A stretch of 64,000 nucleotides of DNA from Candidatus Latescibacterota bacterium. Lineage in GTDB: Bacteria > Latescibacterota > UBA2968. A model generated the notes under the pieces. It was not told where the DNA came from and made no database searches. It saw only the letters and a program-made list of their open reading frames with translations. Positions 47,020 to 57,502 of the stretch are shown one piece after another. The stretch lies in the NCBI GenBank assembly GCA_965222605.1, contig OZ244960.1:4320001-4384000 (forward strand), in the 5' to 3' direction. How positions within the stretch are numbered: position 1 is the stretch's first letter; every line of letters starts with the position of its first letter. Made by a program: the position numbers and the translations under genes.

Positions 47020-48342
47020 ATGAATTGGGATATAATTCAAAAAATCGCGCTGTGTGCATTTGTCGCGCTTATCGCGTGTGGTGGAGATAGTCCCACAGGT
47101 CAAGAAGGTGGAGATAATCCCACAGATCGGAATCTGGATGATGCGCACCGCTTTGATATTACGGAGAATCAGATCAGCGATTTTGGTATGAATACGCCCG
47201 GTGGACGCGGGGGCAAGGTCATTCGGGTGACAAATCTATATGCAAGTGGACAGGGATCACTGGATGCGGCACTATCTGCGCCTGGACCGCGTATTGTGGT
47301 GCTTGAAGTGGGTGGGGTGATTGATATGGGCAAGGGAAAGCTGAGGATTCGCGAGCCGTTTGTGACTGTGGCGGGGCAAACCGCGCCGAGTCCGGGCATT
47401 ACGATTATTCGCGGTTCGTTGTCGATTACGACGCACGATGTGATTGTGCAACATATTCGGGTGCGCCCAGGCGATGCGGGCGAGGAAAAAGGAAGTGGAT
47501 GGTCCCCAGATGGTATTTCAACAGATGGTGACGAGGCGTACAATGTGTTGATCGATCACTGTTCGATTTCATGGGCAGTGGATGAAAATCTGAGCGCGTC
47601 TGGCCCACGCCTGAATGGGCCGGATGCGACTTCTCGTCGCATCGCGTTTGTCAATTGCATTATCGCCGAGTGTCTGAATGATGCATCGCACAGCAGCGGT
47701 CCACACTCAAAGGGATCCCTGATTCACGATTTTTGTCGGGAGATTGCCATTATAGGCAATTTGTATGCCCACAATGTGCAGCGCAATCCGTATTTCAAGG
47801 CATTTACAACCGGGGTGATTGTGAACAATTTGATTTACAACCCGGGGTCTCGGGCGATTCAACTGAGTTTTTCAGATAGCGAGTTTGGCAATACCAATCT
47901 CGTTCCGCAAAATGCACGCGTGAGTGTGGTGGGCAATGTGATGGTTCACGGTGAGGATACGCGGTCAGGACTGGCATTGGTGGCGTCGAAGGGCGATGCC
48001 TATCTCGAGGATAATATCGCGCTGGATCGCACGGGTGCTGCCGCACCTTTGACCTCGGGCAATATCCGCATTTTGAATGAGAAGCCAATCTGGGGCAATA
48101 TCACCCCGTTGTCCGCATCGGCGGTTGTGGATCATGTGGTACAAAGTGCGGGTGCGCGTCCGAAAGACCGCGATGAGATTGATCTGCGGATTATAAGCGA
48201 GTTTCTCGCGCGCGAAGGTCGGGTGATAGATAGTCAGCAGGAGGTGGGTGGATATCCTCCGAAAAATATGGTCATACGCAGGTTGGATATCCCCGCGGAT
48301 GTGGATGCGTGGTTGGCGCGACTGGCGGCGGAGATTGAGTGA
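47020..48342 (+). CDS. Pectate lyase (PL1-like beta-helix) lipoprotein
   Basis: Lipobox LIAC; GGRGGKV..VTNL, VAGQTAP, IDHCSISWAVDEN, HN..RNP. Confidence 0.88.
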   Translation: MNWDIIQKIALCAFVALIACGGDSPTGQEGGDNPTDRNLDDAHRFDITENQISDFGMNTPGGRGGKVIRVTNLYASGQGSLDAALSAPGPRIVVLEVGGVIDMGKGKLRIREPFVTVAGQTAPSPGITIIRGSLSITTHDVIVQHIRVRPGDAGEEKGSGWSPDGISTDGDEAYNVLIDHCSISWAVDENLSASGPRLNGPDATSRRIAFVNCIIAECLNDASHSSGPHSKGSLIHDFCREIAIIGNLYAHNVQRNPYFKAFTTGVIVNNLIYNPGSRAIQLSFSDSEFGNTNLVPQNARVSVVGNVMVHGEDTRSGLALVASKGDAYLEDNIALDRTGAAAPLTSGNIRILNEKPIWGNITPLSASAVVDHVVQSAGARPKDRDEIDLRIISEFLAREGRVIDSQQEVGGYPPKNMVIRRLDIPADVDAWLARLAAEIE

Positions 48343-48428
48343 GGTAATCGCAGTTGATTTATGGGAGAAAAGAACCGATATTGTTCTCGTCCGATTTCTA
48401 CGAATCTTCACTTGGGGGAGAGAAGGTT

Positions 48429-49166
48429 ATGGCTTATTTTACCGACGAAGAAAAATTGCATTTCACAGAACAGGGGTATGTTGTCAAACGCGATGTCGTG
48501 TCGATGCACTTGATCGATAAGGCGGTGGATGTGCTGTGGGAGGAGATTGAGGCAGATCGCAACGATCCCGAAACGTGGATTAACGCGGGACCGAGGGGAA
48601 ATTTGAAATGCAGCAGTCATCCCGATGTGCGGGCGACGTTGACAGAGACTCCGATTCAGGATATGTGCGAAGAAATGGTGGGTAAAGGGACTCTGGCTGT
48701 GTCGAATTACACATTTGCCAAGATGATTTATCCCGAAGGACACGACAATTGGACGACGGCCAGGCAAATGCATCTGGACGGATATACGTGTGAAGGCGTG
48801 GTGGATACATTTGCGATCGCGGTGACGGTGAATATCAATCACGTCAAGCCGCACTCGGGAGGGTTTTCGATCTGGCCGGGCGCGCACAAGCGGGCATACG
48901 AGTATTTTAAGACGCACAGTCTGGTGAATGGGTTGGATGCGTTTCGCAATGAGCAGGGGGAATATTACGATCTTCCCACGCCAGTTGATGTTACAGGACC
49001 GCCGGGCACGGTGACGTTCTGGCATCATTTGATGTTGCACAGTCCGGGCGTAAATTGTGGGCGGGATATTCGCATGGCGTTTGTGAGTCGGTTTCGGCGG
49101 AGAGATAATAACGATATGCGCTTTGAGACGCCGGATGATATGTGGAAATATTGGGATGGATTGTAG
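48429..49166 (+). CDS. PhyH-family dioxygenase
   Basis: F.EQGY, HLD, WPGAH, LHS..N..R; start ATG 48429. Confidence 0.85.
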   Translation: MAYFTDEEKLHFTEQGYVVKRDVVSMHLIDKAVDVLWEEIEADRNDPETWINAGPRGNLKCSSHPDVRATLTETPIQDMCEEMVGKGTLAVSNYTFAKMIYPEGHDNWTTARQMHLDGYTCEGVVDTFAIAVTVNINHVKPHSGGFSIWPGAHKRAYEYFKTHSLVNGLDAFRNEQGEYYDLPTPVDVTGPPGTVTFWHHLMLHSPGVNCGRDIRMAFVSRFRRRDNNDMRFETPDDMWKYWDGL

Positions 49167-49187
49167 GCGGATTCCGCGTTGAGATAT

Positions 49188-49221
49188 AAAAGGCCAGGAT
49201 GGCGATATGTCCTGGCCTTTT
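49188..49221. terminator. Intrinsic terminator
   Basis: AAAAGGCCAGGA-loop-TCCTGGCCTTTT. Confidence 0.8.
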
Positions 49222-49361
49222 GTATTGGTGCCACTCACATGAGTTGCCAAGTTAGTGTTAATTGACAGTTGATATGACTTTACCCATATTAAGGGTTACT
49301 AAATACGACACCAAATATTTCAAATTGACGGCAGGATAATAACGAGAGATGAGGAAACATC

Positions 49362-49592
49362 ATGAATATTACACTCAGCATTGATGAAGAAGTCGTTAAA
49401 AAAGTGCGTAAAATTGCTGTGGACCAGGATACGACTTTGACTGCTATGGTACGCGAATATCTCAAAACTGTAGCAGATAGTGACCAGGCTGAACGGCGGG
49501 AACGCATTCGAAAATTGAATGATACTTTCCGCAAATACAGTGGCAAAATGGGTCCTCGAACGTGGACACGAGAAGATCTTTATGAACGCTAA
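49362..49592 (+). CDS. Ribbon-helix-helix antitoxin (VapB-like)
   Basis: MNITLSIDEE..LTAMVREYL...WTREDLYER; overlaps the PIN gene. Confidence 0.85.
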   Translation: MNITLSIDEEVVKKVRKIAVDQDTTLTAMVREYLKTVADSDQAERRERIRKLNDTFRKYSGKMGPRTWTREDLYER

Positions 49593-50007
49593 GACCTTTT
49601 TAGACTCCAATGTACTGATTTACGCTTACGATAATAGCAATATATTAAAACAGACCCTCGCGCAAAAGATTTTGAACCAGGGACTTGCTGCTAATAATAT
49701 CGTTCTGTCTGTCCAGGTACTCAGCGAATTTTATACAACTGTCACAAAGCGTTATGAAGAACCGCTTTCCACGGATCAAGCACGTGATGTGATCAATCTG
49801 GTTGATATTTTGCAAATTGTGCAAATAGATGTTCCTCTGGTTAAGCGTGCAATCGAGACACACAAGCGATATCAGATCAACTATTGGGACGGATTGATTA
49901 TTGCCGCTGCGGAGCAGGGGCGTTGTGGAACTATTCTATCTGAAGACTTAAATGCAGGGCAATTGTACCACGACATCAGAGTTGAGAATCCTTTTAGCAA
50001 TCTGTAA
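49582..50007 (+). CDS. PIN-domain toxin (VapC-like RNase)
   Basis: FLDSNVLIYA, QVLSEF, YWDGLI, SEDL, NPF. Confidence 0.9.
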   Translation: MNAKTFLDSNVLIYAYDNSNILKQTLAQKILNQGLAANNIVLSVQVLSEFYTTVTKRYEEPLSTDQARDVINLVDILQIVQIDVPLVKRAIETHKRYQINYWDGLIIAAAEQGRCGTILSEDLNAGQLYHDIRVENPFSNL

Positions 50008-50012
50008 AACCT

Positions 50013-53000
50013 ATGCTCTCCAAAAATAAATTAAGAAAAAAACACAAATCGTGCAGAAAGCGGCCAAATCTGATGTCGGCGGTGTGGTCGCTGCTGCCTG
50101 TGTGTATGCTCAAAGATGGCATGGAGATTGCGCGGCAGTTGCGGCAAATACAGCGGCAAAAGCGGCGCGATATAGTGCGGTTGAAGAATCTAAAGGTACA
50201 GGCGGAGCGGTCGGCGGCGTTGCGGAAAGACCGCGGGGAGAATCCGCTGCATGTGACGTATCCAGAGGCGTTGCCGATTGCGGCGCGGAAGGATGAGATT
50301 GTCAGGGCGATTCGAGAACATCCGGTGGTGATTGTGGCGGGTGAGACGGGATCTGGAAAGACGACACAGTTGCCCAAAATGTGTTTGGAGGCCGGTCGCG
50401 GTGTGGCGGCGAAAATTGCGTGTACTCAACCCCGGCGCGTGGCGGCGCTGTCTGTGTCGCGGCGCATTGCAGAGGAGTTGGGGGTTGCGTGGGGTGCTGA
50501 GGTGGGGTGCAAAATCCGGTTTAAGGATGAGACTGCGCCCGAGACGCGGATCAAGATGGTGACGGATGGGATGCTGCTCGCGGAGATTCAGGGCGATCCG
50601 AATTTGTATGAGTACGATACGATTATTATTGATGAAGCGCACGAGCGCAGTTTGAATATCGATTTTTTGCTGGGGTATTTGCGTCTGTTGCAAAAGCGCC
50701 GCCCCGAGTTGCGAATCGTGATTACATCGGCGACGATTGATACGGAGGCGTTTTCAAAGGCGTTTGACGATGCGCCCATTATTGAAGTGTCCGGGCGTAT
50801 GTATCCGGTGGATGTGCAATACTGGCCTCTGGAAGATCTCGCCGGGGAAAATGACGTGCAGACGTATATCGATGCGGCGGTGACCGCAGTGGATATGGTG
50901 GTGGATGCGGGACGAGGTGATATTCTGGTTTTTATGCCCACGGAGAAGGATATCCATGAGACGCGCAGGCGTTTGGAGGGGCGACACTTCCGCTTTACAG
51001 AAATTTTGCCATTGTTTGGGCGGTTGACAGCGGGCGATCAGCAGAAGGTGTTTCACAAGCAGAGATATCGGCGCATTGTGGTGGCGACGAATATTGCGGA
51101 GACGTCGATTACGATTCCGGGTATTCGATATGTGATCGATACGGGGCTGGCGCGAATCAGCCGGCACAATCCGCGCAATCAGACGCATCGGCTACCGGTG
51201 GAGGCGATTTCTCAAAGCAGTGCCAGGCAACGGGCAGGGCGGTGTGGGCGCGTGCAAAATGGGGTGTGTATTCGTCTGTACGATGAGAAAAATTTTCTCT
51301 CGCGACCAGAGTACACGCAGCCCGAGATTCAGCGGTCGGATTTGGCTGAGGTCATTTTGCGGATGATTGCGCTGCGGCTGGGCGATGTCGAGACGTTTCC
51401 ATTTATTGATCCCCCCCGTTCTCAGGCGATTCAGGGGGGATTTAATGTGCTGAGGGCGTTGGACGCGATTGATGATAACAAGCGTCTGACACCGCTGGGG
51501 CGCGATATGGCGCGTTTGCCGCTCGCGCCAACGGTATCGCGGATGATTTTGCAAGCGCAAAAAGAACGCGCTTTGCGCGAGGTGCTGGTTATTGCGTCGG
51601 CAATCAGCATTCAGGACCCGCGCGTGCGGCCGCTCGAGCAAGAGAAGGCGGCAGACCAGGAGCACAAGCGGTTTGTAGATGGGGAATCGGATTTTATCGC
51701 GTTGTTGAATATCTGGAAGGCGTATCACGATACGTTTGAAAAATTGAGAACACAGAGCCAGATGCGGAGATTTTGCAAGCAGCATTTTTTGTCTTTTAAT
51801 CGCATGCGCGAATGGCGCGATATTTATATGCAGATTCGACACACGCTGCGCGAGATGGGCGATTTTCGGATGAACCGGGATGGTGCGGGATACGATGCGA
51901 TTCATCGGTCGGTGGTGAGCGGGTTGTTGGGCAATGTGGCGCAAAAGAAGGAAGGCAATATGTATCGCGCAGCGCGTGGGCGCGATGTGATGTTGTTTCC
52001 GGGATCTGGTCTGTTTCAACGGAAAGAGGGAAGAGAGGAAGATAAAAAGAGTACGCCCGGTTGGATTATGGCCGCAGAGGTGGTGGAGACGTCGCGTTTG
52101 TTTGCGCGCACTGTGGCTCGCATACAGCCGTCGTGGCTGGCAGAATTGGGGGCGCATTTGTGTCGGGCGTCTTATAAGGAGCCGTTTTACAGCGTGCGAT
52201 CGGGGCGGGTGCTGGCGACCGAGACCTTGACGCTACACGGTTTGCAGGTGGTGCAAAAGCGCGTGGGTTACGGGCGTATAGATGCCGGAGCAGCCACGGA
52301 GATTTTTATTCGTGAGGCTCTGGTGAATGATGAGGTGGCATTGCCCTATCCGTTTGTGGCGCGCAATCGGGATTTGCGCGCGCGTGTGGAAACATGGCAG
52401 ATGCAACAGCGTTTGATGCAATTTCTGGATCTGGACGAGGCTGCGTATCGGTTTTATGCCGAGCGATTGGAGAATATATCTTCCACGCACGATTTGAACC
52501 GCGTGATCAAGGGAAAGGGCGCGGATTTTTTACTGATGTCCGAAAAGCATCTGGCGGGTGAGCAGGTGGATTTTGACCGGGATGCGTTTCCCAGTTTTTT
52601 GGAGGTGGATGGCGAACAGGTGCCGCTTTCTTATGCGTATCGGCCCGGGCAAGATCGGGATGGCGTGACGTTGCAACTGCCCTACAAGCTGGTGCATTTT
52701 GTACAGCCGGAGGTGCTGGAATGGCTGGTGCCGGGATTGTTGGAACAAAAGGTCACGTATTTGTTGCGCGGGCTTCCAAAAAGTATTCGCAAACGGTTTG
52801 TGCCCGTGCCGGACAAGGCGCGAGAAATTGCGGCGGCGTTACAGCCAACGCATGGCGCGTTTTTGGATTCGCTGTCTGCCCATATTTTAAGTATATATAG
52901 CATTGAGATTTCTCAAAGCGATTGGAATGTGAGCAATTTGCCCGAACATTTGCAGATGCGTGTGGAAGTCCGAGACGAGAAAGAGAAGGCGATTATTGCT

Positions 53001-53918
53001 GCACGGGATTTACGCGCGCTGCGCGAGCAGTTAGATGCGCACGAAGAAGATGTGCAGTCCGATGCGTGGATGCAGGCGCAGAAGCAGGTGGCGCGCCGAG
53101 ATGTGACGGGGCAGACGCTGGGTGAATTGCCCGAGCGCGTAGAGGTGATGCAAGCCGGTGGGATGCCGGTATTTGGCTACGTGGGGTTGAAGCGCGAGGG
53201 GGATCGCGTGGATGTGTGTTTGTTTAAGCGCGCAGATGAGGCAGAACGCGAGACTCAAGCGGGTTGGATGCGGCTGTGCGAGCGCGAAATGAGGGATGAG
53301 ATGAAGGCGTTGAAGCGGTCTTTGGGCGATTTGGCGCAATTTGAGGAGGGACGCGACGCTTTGCGCGAGGGCGCGTACGCAAATTTAATGGCCCATCTGT
53401 TCACGCGAGACGCGGTGTTTCCCATAATGCGCCAGCGCTTTGAATCGCGCGTTCAACAGGCGCGGTTGTATTTGCAGCATCTGGCGCCGCAATTGATTCA
53501 GACGATGGATTCGCTGTTTGAGACGCACCGAGAAATCCGCCTGTTGCGCGGTGGATATCCCGAGATGGAGGCCGATCTCGCGCGTTTGATGCCGCCGGAT
53601 TTTTTGCAGCAGACGCCTTATGATCAATTGTTGCATTTGAGTCGGTTTTTGAAGGCGATTGTGATACGGGCCGAACGCGCGATGCTCGATCCGATGAAGG
53701 ACCGGCAAAAGGCCGAGCAGGTTCAACCCTTTCAAGATTCGGTGGATGAATTGATGGATTCGGAATTGACGGGTGCGAAGCGCGATGCAGTACATGCATT
53801 GCGGTGGATAGTCGAGGAATTTCGGGTGTCGGTATTTGCACAGGAACTCGGCACGGCGCAAAAGGTGTCGCCAAAGCGATTGTTCGATAAATTGGAGCAG
53901 GTGAGAGGGATGGTGTAG
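50013..53918 (+). CDS. hrpA: ATP-dependent RNA helicase HrpA
   Basis: GETGSGKTT, DEAHERS, SAT, TNIAETS, QRAGRCGR, HA2 region, C-terminal EEFRVS.FAQELGT; start uncertain (50013-50121). Confidence 0.93.
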   Translation: MLSKNKLRKKHKSCRKRPNLMSAVWSLLPVCMLKDGMEIARQLRQIQRQKRRDIVRLKNLKVQAERSAALRKDRGENPLHVTYPEALPIAARKDEIVRAIREHPVVIVAGETGSGKTTQLPKMCLEAGRGVAAKIACTQPRRVAALSVSRRIAEELGVAWGAEVGCKIRFKDETAPETRIKMVTDGMLLAEIQGDPNLYEYDTIIIDEAHERSLNIDFLLGYLRLLQKRRPELRIVITSATIDTEAFSKAFDDAPIIEVSGRMYPVDVQYWPLEDLAGENDVQTYIDAAVTAVDMVVDAGRGDILVFMPTEKDIHETRRRLEGRHFRFTEILPLFGRLTAGDQQKVFHKQRYRRIVVATNIAETSITIPGIRYVIDTGLARISRHNPRNQTHRLPVEAISQSSARQRAGRCGRVQNGVCIRLYDEKNFLSRPEYTQPEIQRSDLAEVILRMIALRLGDVETFPFIDPPRSQAIQGGFNVLRALDAIDDNKRLTPLGRDMARLPLAPTVSRMILQAQKERALREVLVIASAISIQDPRVRPLEQEKAADQEHKRFVDGESDFIALLNIWKAYHDTFEKLRTQSQMRRFCKQHFLSFNRMREWRDIYMQIRHTLREMGDFRMNRDGAGYDAIHRSVVSGLLGNVAQKKEGNMYRAARGRDVMLFPGSGLFQRKEGREEDKKSTPGWIMAAEVVETSRLFARTVARIQPSWLAELGAHLCRASYKEPFYSVRSGRVLATETLTLHGLQVVQKRVGYGRIDAGAATEIFIREALVNDEVALPYPFVARNRDLRARVETWQMQQRLMQFLDLDEAAYRFYAERLENISSTHDLNRVIKGKGADFLLMSEKHLAGEQVDFDRDAFPSFLEVDGEQVPLSYAYRPGQDRDGVTLQLPYKLVHFVQPEVLEWLVPGLLEQKVTYLLRGLPKSIRKRFVPVPDKAREIAAALQPTHGAFLDSLSAHILSIYSIEISQSDWNVSNLPEHLQMRVEVRDEKEKAIIAARDLRALREQLDAHEEDVQSDAWMQAQKQVARRDVTGQTLGELPERVEVMQAGGMPVFGYVGLKREGDRVDVCLFKRADEAERETQAGWMRLCEREMRDEMKALKRSLGDLAQFEEGRDALREGAYANLMAHLFTRDAVFPIMRQRFESRVQQARLYLQHLAPQLIQTMDSLFETHREIRLLRGGYPEMEADLARLMPPDFLQQTPYDQLLHLSRFLKAIVIRAERAMLDPMKDRQKAEQVQPFQDSVDELMDSELTGAKRDAVHALRWIVEEFRVSVFAQELGTAQKVSPKRLFDKLEQVRGMV

Positions 53919-53927
53919 AGGTTTTTT

Positions 53928-55706
53928 ATGAGACTTAACTTTTTTAAACCCTTTGCAGAGTATGTACACCCCCATCGATGGAAGATCTTCTGGGGATTGA
54001 TGCTGTTGTTTGGGACGCAAGCAGTTCAAGCGCTCGTCCCGATGTTGATGAAATGGGCGATTGATACGGCTAAAGCGGGGATGGATGCTGGCGATTTTGT
54101 TGGCGATACGGTCGATACAATCACGGGCAGCCCGATGGGCGATTTGCAGATGTACGGGGCACTCATGGCCGCGCTGGGTCTGGCGCAATGGGGCATGTCA
54201 TTTGGCATGAGATGGTACATTGCCAGTGTGTCTCGTTTTATAGAGCGCGATCTTCGCAAGCTCTATGTGCGACATATCGTGCGGCTGCCGCTGAGCTTTT
54301 TCCAGACGCAGCGCGTGGGCGATTTAATGGCGCGGGCGACCAATGATGTGGAAGCGATTCAGCGGTTTTTTTATTTTGCCTATCGCATGTCGCTGCAAGC
54401 GGTTTTGAATTTTGTGATCAGCCTCGTTTTGATGTGTGTGATTGACTGGCAGTTGGCCCTTTTGGCGCTGGCGCCTATGCCCGTGATGGCTTTTTGTGCG
54501 CGGTGGGTTGGGCAAAAGGTGCGTGTGGGATACCGACGGGTTCAGGAACAATTTGCCGCCATCAGTTCAAAAATTCAGGAAAATCTGACGGGTATGCGAA
54601 TGGTCAAAGCCTTTGCCCTGCGCCCGCTTGAGATTGTGGATTTCGGGATTCTCAACGAAGAATACGTCACGCGCAACCGCCATTTGATTAAAATCCGCAG
54701 TCTGTATTATCCGTTCACGTTTTTGTTGAGCGGTGTTTCTATGATTGTGGTTTTGTGGCTGGGTGGTCTGCGCGTGATTGAGGAGAGTTTGAGCCTGGGG
54801 GCATTTGTGGCGTTCAATGCGTATTTGCTGCGTATGAGTCGCCCGATGTCGATGTTGGGGAGAATTGTCGATGAATATCAACGCGCCGTGGCTTCGCTGA
54901 GGCGTGTTGAAGAGATTTTGAAGGTATCGCCGCAAAGCGATGTGGAGGATCAAACAGCGGGGGAGATCAGGGGTGAGATCGAATTTCGCAACACGAGTTT
55001 TTCGTATAATGGTCAACGGGTGCTCAAAGATATCAACCTTCGCATTGAGGCGGGAAGCACGGTTGCATTGGTGGGGCGCGTGGGGTCGGGAAAATCCACG
55101 CTGGCGCGGTTGATTCCCCGGTTGATCCTGGCGAATGAAGGGCGGGTTTTGATCGATGGCAAGCCGGTGGAAGATATACCGCTTCAGACCATTCGAGACG
55201 CTACGGGGTATGTGCCGCAGGACGCATTTTTGTTTTCGGATACGATTCGGGAAAATGTGGCTTTGGGCGCAGGGGCAGAGGGCGATGTTGTGCGCGCGAC
55301 CGAAATTTCGCAATTGGCCCCCGATTTGCACCTTTTTCCCGAGCACCTGGAGACGCTTGTGGGAGAGCGCGGGGTTACGCTTTCGGGGGGACAAAAACAG
55401 CGCACAGCCCTTGCGCGCGCGGTGATCCGAGAGCCGCGGATTCTGATTATGGACGATGCATTGGCCAGCGTGGATACGCGGACAGAGGAAGATATTCTCA
55501 AACATTTGCGCGAGATTATGGCTTCGCGTACGACGATTTTGATTGCCCATCGCATTTCGACCGTGAAAGATGCCGATCATATTGTGGTGCTGGATGAAGG
55601 GCAAATTGTAGAGCAGGGGTCACACGACGAATTGGTTGCACACGACGGGATTTACGCCGATATGTTTCGACGCCAGCATCTGGCTCGGGAATTGGAAATA
55701 TTGTAA
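53928..55706 (+). CDS. ABC exporter subunit (TMD-NBD), degenerate Walker B
   Basis: Six TM helices; GRVGSGKST, LSGGQKQR, ILIMDD, AHR. Confidence 0.93.
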   Translation: MRLNFFKPFAEYVHPHRWKIFWGLMLLFGTQAVQALVPMLMKWAIDTAKAGMDAGDFVGDTVDTITGSPMGDLQMYGALMAALGLAQWGMSFGMRWYIASVSRFIERDLRKLYVRHIVRLPLSFFQTQRVGDLMARATNDVEAIQRFFYFAYRMSLQAVLNFVISLVLMCVIDWQLALLALAPMPVMAFCARWVGQKVRVGYRRVQEQFAAISSKIQENLTGMRMVKAFALRPLEIVDFGILNEEYVTRNRHLIKIRSLYYPFTFLLSGVSMIVVLWLGGLRVIEESLSLGAFVAFNAYLLRMSRPMSMLGRIVDEYQRAVASLRRVEEILKVSPQSDVEDQTAGEIRGEIEFRNTSFSYNGQRVLKDINLRIEAGSTVALVGRVGSGKSTLARLIPRLILANEGRVLIDGKPVEDIPLQTIRDATGYVPQDAFLFSDTIRENVALGAGAEGDVVRATEISQLAPDLHLFPEHLETLVGERGVTLSGGQKQRTALARAVIREPRILIMDDALASVDTRTEEDILKHLREIMASRTTILIAHRISTVKDADHIVVLDEGQIVEQGSHDELVAHDGIYADMFRRQHLARELEIL

Positions 55707-57457
55707 TGGAAGAAGAAATTGGTCATAAGGGATTTGATCTGCGTTTGATGGCGCGCCTGTTGAACTTTCTCAGGCCCTACGCGCGCTGGGTTGTCCTCAC
55801 GTTTGTGCTCATCATTATCGCAGCGGTTGTGCGGCAGGCTGGGCCTTTTTTGACCAAAATCGCTGTGGATGATTATATCGTGCCGGGAAATGCCGATGGG
55901 TTGACCTATCTCGTGATGTTCTACATTGGTCTGCTTATCGTGCAATTTGGCGTGGGATATTGCCAGAGTTGGACGACCAATATGATCGGGCAATGGGCCA
56001 TGCACGATGTGCGCTTGCAAATTTTTATGCATTTGCAGCGGTTGCCCATGCGATTTTTCGACCGCACGCCTGTGGGCCGCTTGATGGCGCGCAATACAAA
56101 TGATGTGGATGCCCTCAACGAGTTGTTTACCGATGGCATTGTGTCGATGATCAGCGACATTTTTACGATTATTACCATTCTCGCATACATTTTTTATATG
56201 GATGTCACGCTCGGCTTGCTGATCTGTCTCGCATTGCCGGTGGCTTTTGTCGCTACCGTGTGGCTCCAGAATAAGACCTTTTTTGCGTATCGCATTGCGC
56301 GCACCCTGTTCGCGCGATTTAGTTCATCGCTGCAAGAGACTGTGTCTGGGATGGAAGTGGTGCAGTTATTTGGCTGTGAAGATCGCTGTGTGCGGCGGTT
56401 TGAAGATGCCAATAAAGAGTATCTGGATGCGCGTCTGAAGAGCTCGTTTTACCATGCGATTTATTTTCCGGTCATGGAGTTGGGCGGTATTTTGTTGTCC
56501 GCATTGGTGTTGTGGTATGGCGGTGTGCAAGTGCTGGATGGGGAAATCCAGTGGGGTGTGCTCGTGGCGATGTTGCAGTATGTTCCGCGATTTTTTATGC
56601 CCATCCGCGATATTGCCGATCGCTTTACTGTGCTTCAGGTTGCGATGGCGTCTTCAGAGCGCATTTTTGAATTGCTGGATACGGAGCCAGAATCACTTGG
56701 CAGCACCGTAAATGCCAAACGATTGAAGGGTGAGATCGCGTTTCAGAATGTCTGGTTTGCGTACAACGAAGGCGAATGGGTGTTGCGCAATGTGTCTTTT
56801 CGCGTTGCGCCGGGGCAGAGTTTGGCATTGGTTGGCGCGACGGGCGCGGGCAAGAGTACTGTGATCAATCTGGTCTGTCGGTTCTACGATATTCAGCGGG
56901 GTGCGATTCTGGTGGATGGTGTTGATATTCGCGAGTGGGATGTCGAGGAGCTTCGCAGACGCATTGGAATCGTGCAACAGGATGTTTTTCTTTTTGCCGG
57001 CGATATTGAAAACAATATTAGCCTGGGACATCCGCGCATCAGCCGCCAGGAGGTTGAACAAGCCGCACGCGATGTAAATGCAGATCGGTTTATTGACAAA
57101 TTGCCCGATACCTATCAGCACGAGGTCCATGAGCGGGGCAGTTCGCTTTCGGTTGGTCAGCGACAGTTGATATCTTTTGCGCGCACGCTGGCGTCTGGAC
57201 CAGATATTCTCATTCTGGATGAGGCGACGGCGAGTGTGGATACGGAGACCGAGATGTGGATTCAGGATGCGGTGGCAAAATTGATGCGGTCGCGGACTTC
57301 GATTGCGATTGCACACCGTCTTTCAACTATTCGAAATGCGGATAAAATTCTGGTGATGCACCGCGGTCAAATCCGCGAGGAGGGTGACCACGATACGCTG
57401 CTCAAGCAGAATGGGATTTATGCCCGGCTTTACCAGTTACAATATGAAGGCACTTGA
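55706..57457 (+). CDS. ABC exporter subunit (TMD-NBD), partner of the heterodimer
   Basis: GATGAGKST, LSVGQRQ, ILILDE, AHRLST; TAATG coupling with the upstream gene. Confidence 0.93.
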   Translation: MEEEIGHKGFDLRLMARLLNFLRPYARWVVLTFVLIIIAAVVRQAGPFLTKIAVDDYIVPGNADGLTYLVMFYIGLLIVQFGVGYCQSWTTNMIGQWAMHDVRLQIFMHLQRLPMRFFDRTPVGRLMARNTNDVDALNELFTDGIVSMISDIFTIITILAYIFYMDVTLGLLICLALPVAFVATVWLQNKTFFAYRIARTLFARFSSSLQETVSGMEVVQLFGCEDRCVRRFEDANKEYLDARLKSSFYHAIYFPVMELGGILLSALVLWYGGVQVLDGEIQWGVLVAMLQYVPRFFMPIRDIADRFTVLQVAMASSERIFELLDTEPESLGSTVNAKRLKGEIAFQNVWFAYNEGEWVLRNVSFRVAPGQSLALVGATGAGKSTVINLVCRFYDIQRGAILVDGVDIREWDVEELRRRIGIVQQDVFLFAGDIENNISLGHPRISRQEVEQAARDVNADRFIDKLPDTYQHEVHERGSSLSVGQRQLISFARTLASGPDILILDEATASVDTETEMWIQDAVAKLMRSRTSIAIAHRLSTIRNADKILVMHRGQIREEGDHDTLLKQNGIYARLYQLQYEGT

Positions 57458-57502
57458 TGGTGTATTGTACGTTGTATTTGCCATTTTTCAAGGAGGTGCA
57501 AC

